From: Octopus vulgaris | Lineage: Eukaryota | DNA: 64,000 nt | Direction: 5' to 3' | Assembly (NCBI GenBank): GCA_951406725.2 | Contig: OX597832.1 | Coordinates: 62,186,001 to 62,250,000, forward strand | Shown: positions 59,832-64,000 of the stretch, piece by piece | How positions within the stretch are numbered: position 1 is the first letter of the stretch | How the letters are laid out: each line of letters begins with the position of its first letter | Translations under genes and position numbers: made by a program | The notes under the pieces: model-generated | The model's input: only the letters and a program-made list of their open reading frames with translations | Database searches by the model: none | Told to the model about the DNA's origin: nothing

Positions 59832-61274
59832 AGGGCAGAGATGTCTACAATCGACATGATCTTCTCACTCAGGCAGCTTCAAGAAAAGAGTCGAGAACAG
59901 AGACAGCCCCTATACGTGGCCTTCATCGACCTGGCTAAGGCGTTCGGCTCAGTCAGCAGGGAGGGGCTGTTTGCGCTCCTGGGTAGGATAGGTTGCCCTC
60001 CCAGACTGCTGAAATTCATCACCTCCTTTCACGACGGTATGCAGGGAACAGTGCAGTTTGACGGATCGCCCTCGGAGTCGCTCCCCATCCAGAGTGGAGT
60101 GAAACAGGGTTGCGTTCTGGCGCCGACCCTCTTCGGAATTTTCTCTCCCTTGTCCTGTCCTATGCCTTCAGAACGTCCGACGACGGAGTGTTCCTCCACA
60201 CCAGGGCTGATGGTGGATTGTTCAATCTTGCGCGCCTCAGAGCTAAGACCAAAGTGCGTCAGGTGCTGATCAGAGAGATCCTACTTGCTGACGATGCCGC
60301 CCTAACATCACACAACCAGCCGGGTCTCCAGAGGCTGGTCAGGTCCCTGGCGGATGCCTGCCAAGAGTTCGGCCTTACCATCGGCCTGAAAAAGACAGAG
60401 ATCATGGGCCAGGACGTCGGAGGGGTCCCCAGCATTAGTGTCGGCGACCACAGCTTGCAGGTGGTGAACGAGTTCACTTACCTGGGATCGACGGTCTCCA
60501 GCAGCCTGTCCCTCGAGCCGGAGCTGAACAGACGGTTTGGGAAGGCTGCTGCTGCCATGGCTAAGCTCTCCAGGAGAGTGTGGGAAAACAACATACTCAC
60601 AATAACCACCAAAATCGCAGTGTACCGAGCCTGCGTGCTGAGCACCCTACTCTACGGCAGCGAGAGCTGGACAACATACACCCGGCAAGAATGCCGCCTC
60701 AGCGGCTTCCATATGCGGTGTCTTCTACGGATCCTTGGCATCTCCTGGAAGGACCGAGTACCAAACGGGGTCATCCTAGAACAGACTAATATGCCAAGCA
60801 TACATGCTTTCCTCGTGGGGAGACGACAGCGCTGGCTCGGACACGTCTGCCGCATGCAGGACGGTCGCATGCCTAAAGACATCCTGTACAGCGAACTCAC
60901 CACGGGATCCCGACCCAAGGGACGTCCACAGCTACGATACAGGGATGTGTGCAAGCGCGACCTGAGGACTGCCAACATCTGTGTGGACACGTGGGAGGTA
61001 ACAGCTGCTGACCGCTCTGCCTGGCGTCGGACAGTGAGGAAAGGCGTTTCCATGGCTGAGGAAAGGAGAGCACAGCTGTGGTCGGACAGGCGGGACAGGA
61101 GGAGGACAACTGCAGCAACACCCCACACGTACCCATCGATGTTCGTGTGCAGCAACTGTTCCAGGGACTGCCACTCTAGAATTGGACTGTTCAGTCACAG
61201 CAGACGCTGCTCATCATCAAAGTAGGCCCCACCCTTGGCGCGACCCATTGTCTATCAAGACAGACGGGAGAGGA

Positions 61275-61277
<3 letters not shown>
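59832..61277 (+). mobile_element. 5'-truncated RTE-clade LINE (RT + C-terminal C2H2/C2HC finger), one frameshift, inserted in (TA)n
   Basis: STIDMIFSLRQLQEKSREQRQPLYVAFIDLAKAF, SGVKQGCVLAPTLF, LLADDAAL, FTYLGS, RWLGHVCRM, CSNCSRDCHSRIGLFSHSRRC; frameshift near 60140; stop at 61225. Confidence 0.95.
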
Positions 61278-61331
<54 letters not shown>

Positions 61332-61397
61332 TTGTCGTGTTGTGATCCTCTTCGGTTATGAATGACGATGGGATTATTTACCTATATAATATGTTAA

Positions 61398-61477
61398 TCC
61401 TGGTTACTACGATGGTTACTGTTATTTAGAAGATGTTTCCTGGGACTAAATAACAGTAATAATCGTCCTAACCAGGA
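61398..61477. repeat. 80-bp hairpin
   Basis: tcctggtta..acgat..ttactgttatttag / ctaaataacagtaa..atcgt..taaccagga. Confidence 0.75.
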
Positions 61478-61804
61478 CAGCCACTTAATGTTAGCAAATA
61501 ATCTTTGTTATATATATATAAATATATATACATAAATTTTATATTTTATGAAGTTTTCCTATCAGAGAGAAGGAAAAAAACTGTCGTTGGAAGATCGAAA
61601 TAGGTAGCAATTGACAGTCGACAGCTGAGGAAGGGTAACACTTCTTTTGATATTTTGTCCCATACTTGTCTCTCATTATGTGTTAACGTATTTTTCACTC
61701 ATTGTTGATGTCCTCTTCTTATTGTATGTTATTGGGTATGTTGCCCTCTACTTATCGCTCGTGTGCTTCCTTATTCTTCCCTTAGTCATGTCCTGTACTT
61801 GATG

Positions 61805-61855
<51 letters not shown>

Positions 61856-62994
61856 TATGTATATAGATAGATATAGGTATAGATATAGATATAGATATAG
61901 ATAGGTAGATAGATAGATAGGTAGATAGATATAGAAAGATAGATGTATATAGATAGATATATACTTATATTCATATATATACATGTATATATACATATAT
62001 ATATGTATATATATATATATATGCATACGTATATATATATATACACACATACATATATATACACATATATACACATATACATATATATTTATATATATAT
62101 ATATAAGTATATATATACAAATAGATACATATATATGTATGTGTGTGTGTGTGTGTGTGTGTGTGCGTAAGTATATATGTATGGTCACATTTACTTCATT
62201 TCCGACTCTTTTATATATTTCATATTTCCAAATCAATTATAATAGACCTTCTACCGACTCAACAACACCTCAATCCCTATTTTCTAACTAGCTGCTTTAT
62301 TTATATTTACTCATGGGTATTAATATTGTCAGTACCTCCCTATATATCCCTTCTATTTGTTTATCATGCAATTTTCTATATCATACGTGTCAGCCAGTAA
62401 TATTGACTAGCTTACATTGCTCTCCAGTGTATACTCCATGCTTGACACAAGAGAAGATTCGCTTAATGGTCTAATGAGGTGATTTCATGCTAAAAGCATT
62501 TTGTCGTCCAGTTTTTTTTTCTGTTTATATTTTAATAAACCCTGATATTGTCTCAGTAGCTTTTCTATATTCATAAATTTTATATGTAACATCCTATGCG
62601 ACATTTTAGAATATTCACATACACACACATACGTACACTTCTTTTATCCATCACTCTCTCGCCCTCTCTCTCTCATCTTCTGTCTCTTTCCCATCCTATC
62701 TCGCTCTCATACACACATACACATAGACACATGAGCATATAAGCACTACCACATAGAAACAAAACCACACATACGTGTTTCTATGACTACGTTAGCACAA
62801 ATATATATACATATACACATACACATCAGTGTATGAATATATCTAGATATTTACCCTACCAAGTCATTCTCTCTCTCTCCTCTCTCTCTGTCTATATATA
62901 TGTATATGTATGTATATTTATATGTATATATGTCTATATATATATATGTATATGTATGTATATATGTAAATATTTATGCATATGTATATAAACA

Positions 62995-63047
<53 letters not shown>

Positions 63048-63116
63048 AATATTTATGAATATGTATATATATGCATATATGTATATATATGCATATATGT
63101 ATATATACATACATAC

Positions 63117-63169
<53 letters not shown>

Positions 63170-63884
63170 GCATGGAATATTATCATATTGATGAGAGTAT
63201 CAAATCTATTATATATTCACATGAATTCTTAATCTCAGAAAAATGTCTCTCTCTCTTCTTTCGCTCCACTCAATGCAGACTCTGCTCTGTGTTCCCTTAT
63301 CCTTCTTTTATCAAATCCGCTCTTGGCTCTGCATTGCTGTGAGGATTACAATAATACTGAAACATTACCAGTATTTTTGGCGTGCTTGGCAGCGGAATGA
63401 GAATAATGGCTTCTAATAGAGGCTGAAAGCCAGAACCTTTCAAAAGCCTAAGTGGATCACATAAGCCTGTGACCTGGCAGCATCGTGAGCACATCAGACA
63501 GAATTATTAACAGCGTTTAGTCCGACTCTTTGCGTTCTGCGTTAAAATTCCGCTCAGTTTGACAATGTTTTTCTTCCGTACGGGGCCGGTAGAATAAGGC
63601 ACCAGTGAAGAACTGGGATCGTTGTAGTCCTCTCAAAACTAATGGTCGTGATCCCTGCAACAAACCGTAATCCCAGTCAGGGCAAAAGTTATGACTTCAG
63701 TCGTCAGGGAAACAGGGTCAGATGAGTAGGTATCTCGCGGAGATTGGCACTGGCTGGGACTTAACTCGACATGTCACCCGTGAGGACTCATCGAATCTGG
63801 GCCTTGATTAGTACTTTATTTTATTGACTTGCAAGGGATGAACGATAACACTGACCCAGGCTGGTTAACATAAAATTGGGAGAA

Positions 63885-64000
63885 GGTTTACTCTTTTACT
63901 CTGCTACTTGTTTCGGTCATTTGACTGTGGCTATACTGGAGCACCGCCTTTAGTCGAGAAAATTGATCCTAGGACTTATTCTTTGTAAACCTAGTACATA
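63885..64000 (-). mobile_element. SINE family A, 3' end (truncated by window edge)
   Basis: tttactcttttactc...ttgtttcggtcatttgactgtggc...gacttattctttgta. Confidence 0.8.

Noticed and set aside
60652-61198. Minus-strand ORFs in the GC-rich block
   Set aside because: They are antisense shadows of the RTE ORF.
62466-62512. CTAATGA...AAAA...GTC hammerhead-like pattern
   Set aside because: Both core boxes are mutated and the stems are poor.
63245-63416. Polypyrimidine + CAG acceptor followed by a ~46-codon open frame
   Set aside because: No recognisable homology; such signals occur by chance after CT tracts.

Overview
AT-rich animal (non-prokaryotic) genomic DNA saturated with (TA)n, (TG)n, (GATA)n, (CATA)n and trinucleotide microsatellites. 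The SINE families and repeat style most resemble an octopus/coleoid cephalopod genome; this is recognition, not a database hit. No host protein-coding gene can be supported: almost all ORFs in the track are translated microsatellites. The real coding remnants are all transposable elements: a young 5'-truncated RTE LINE (59.8-61.3 kb), an RTE zinc-finger 3' end, two L1/Tx1-like fragments, three R4/Dong-like (RLE) fragments, two Penelope-like GIY-YIG fragments and a decayed Tc1/mariner element. There is also a MITE and three tRNA-derived SINE families. The most notable signal is non-coding: about a dozen type I hammerhead-ribozyme-like motifs of several sequence families, in short microsatellite-flanked units with Penelope-style inverted or direct terminal repeats. 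One unit is a tRNA-headed (Pol III-type) hammerhead SINE inserted as a head-to-head dimer with a 21-bp target-site duplication. A SINE subfamily also shares its 3' tail with a Tx1-like LINE that appears to insert into (GATA)n. All alignments and folds were done by eye.
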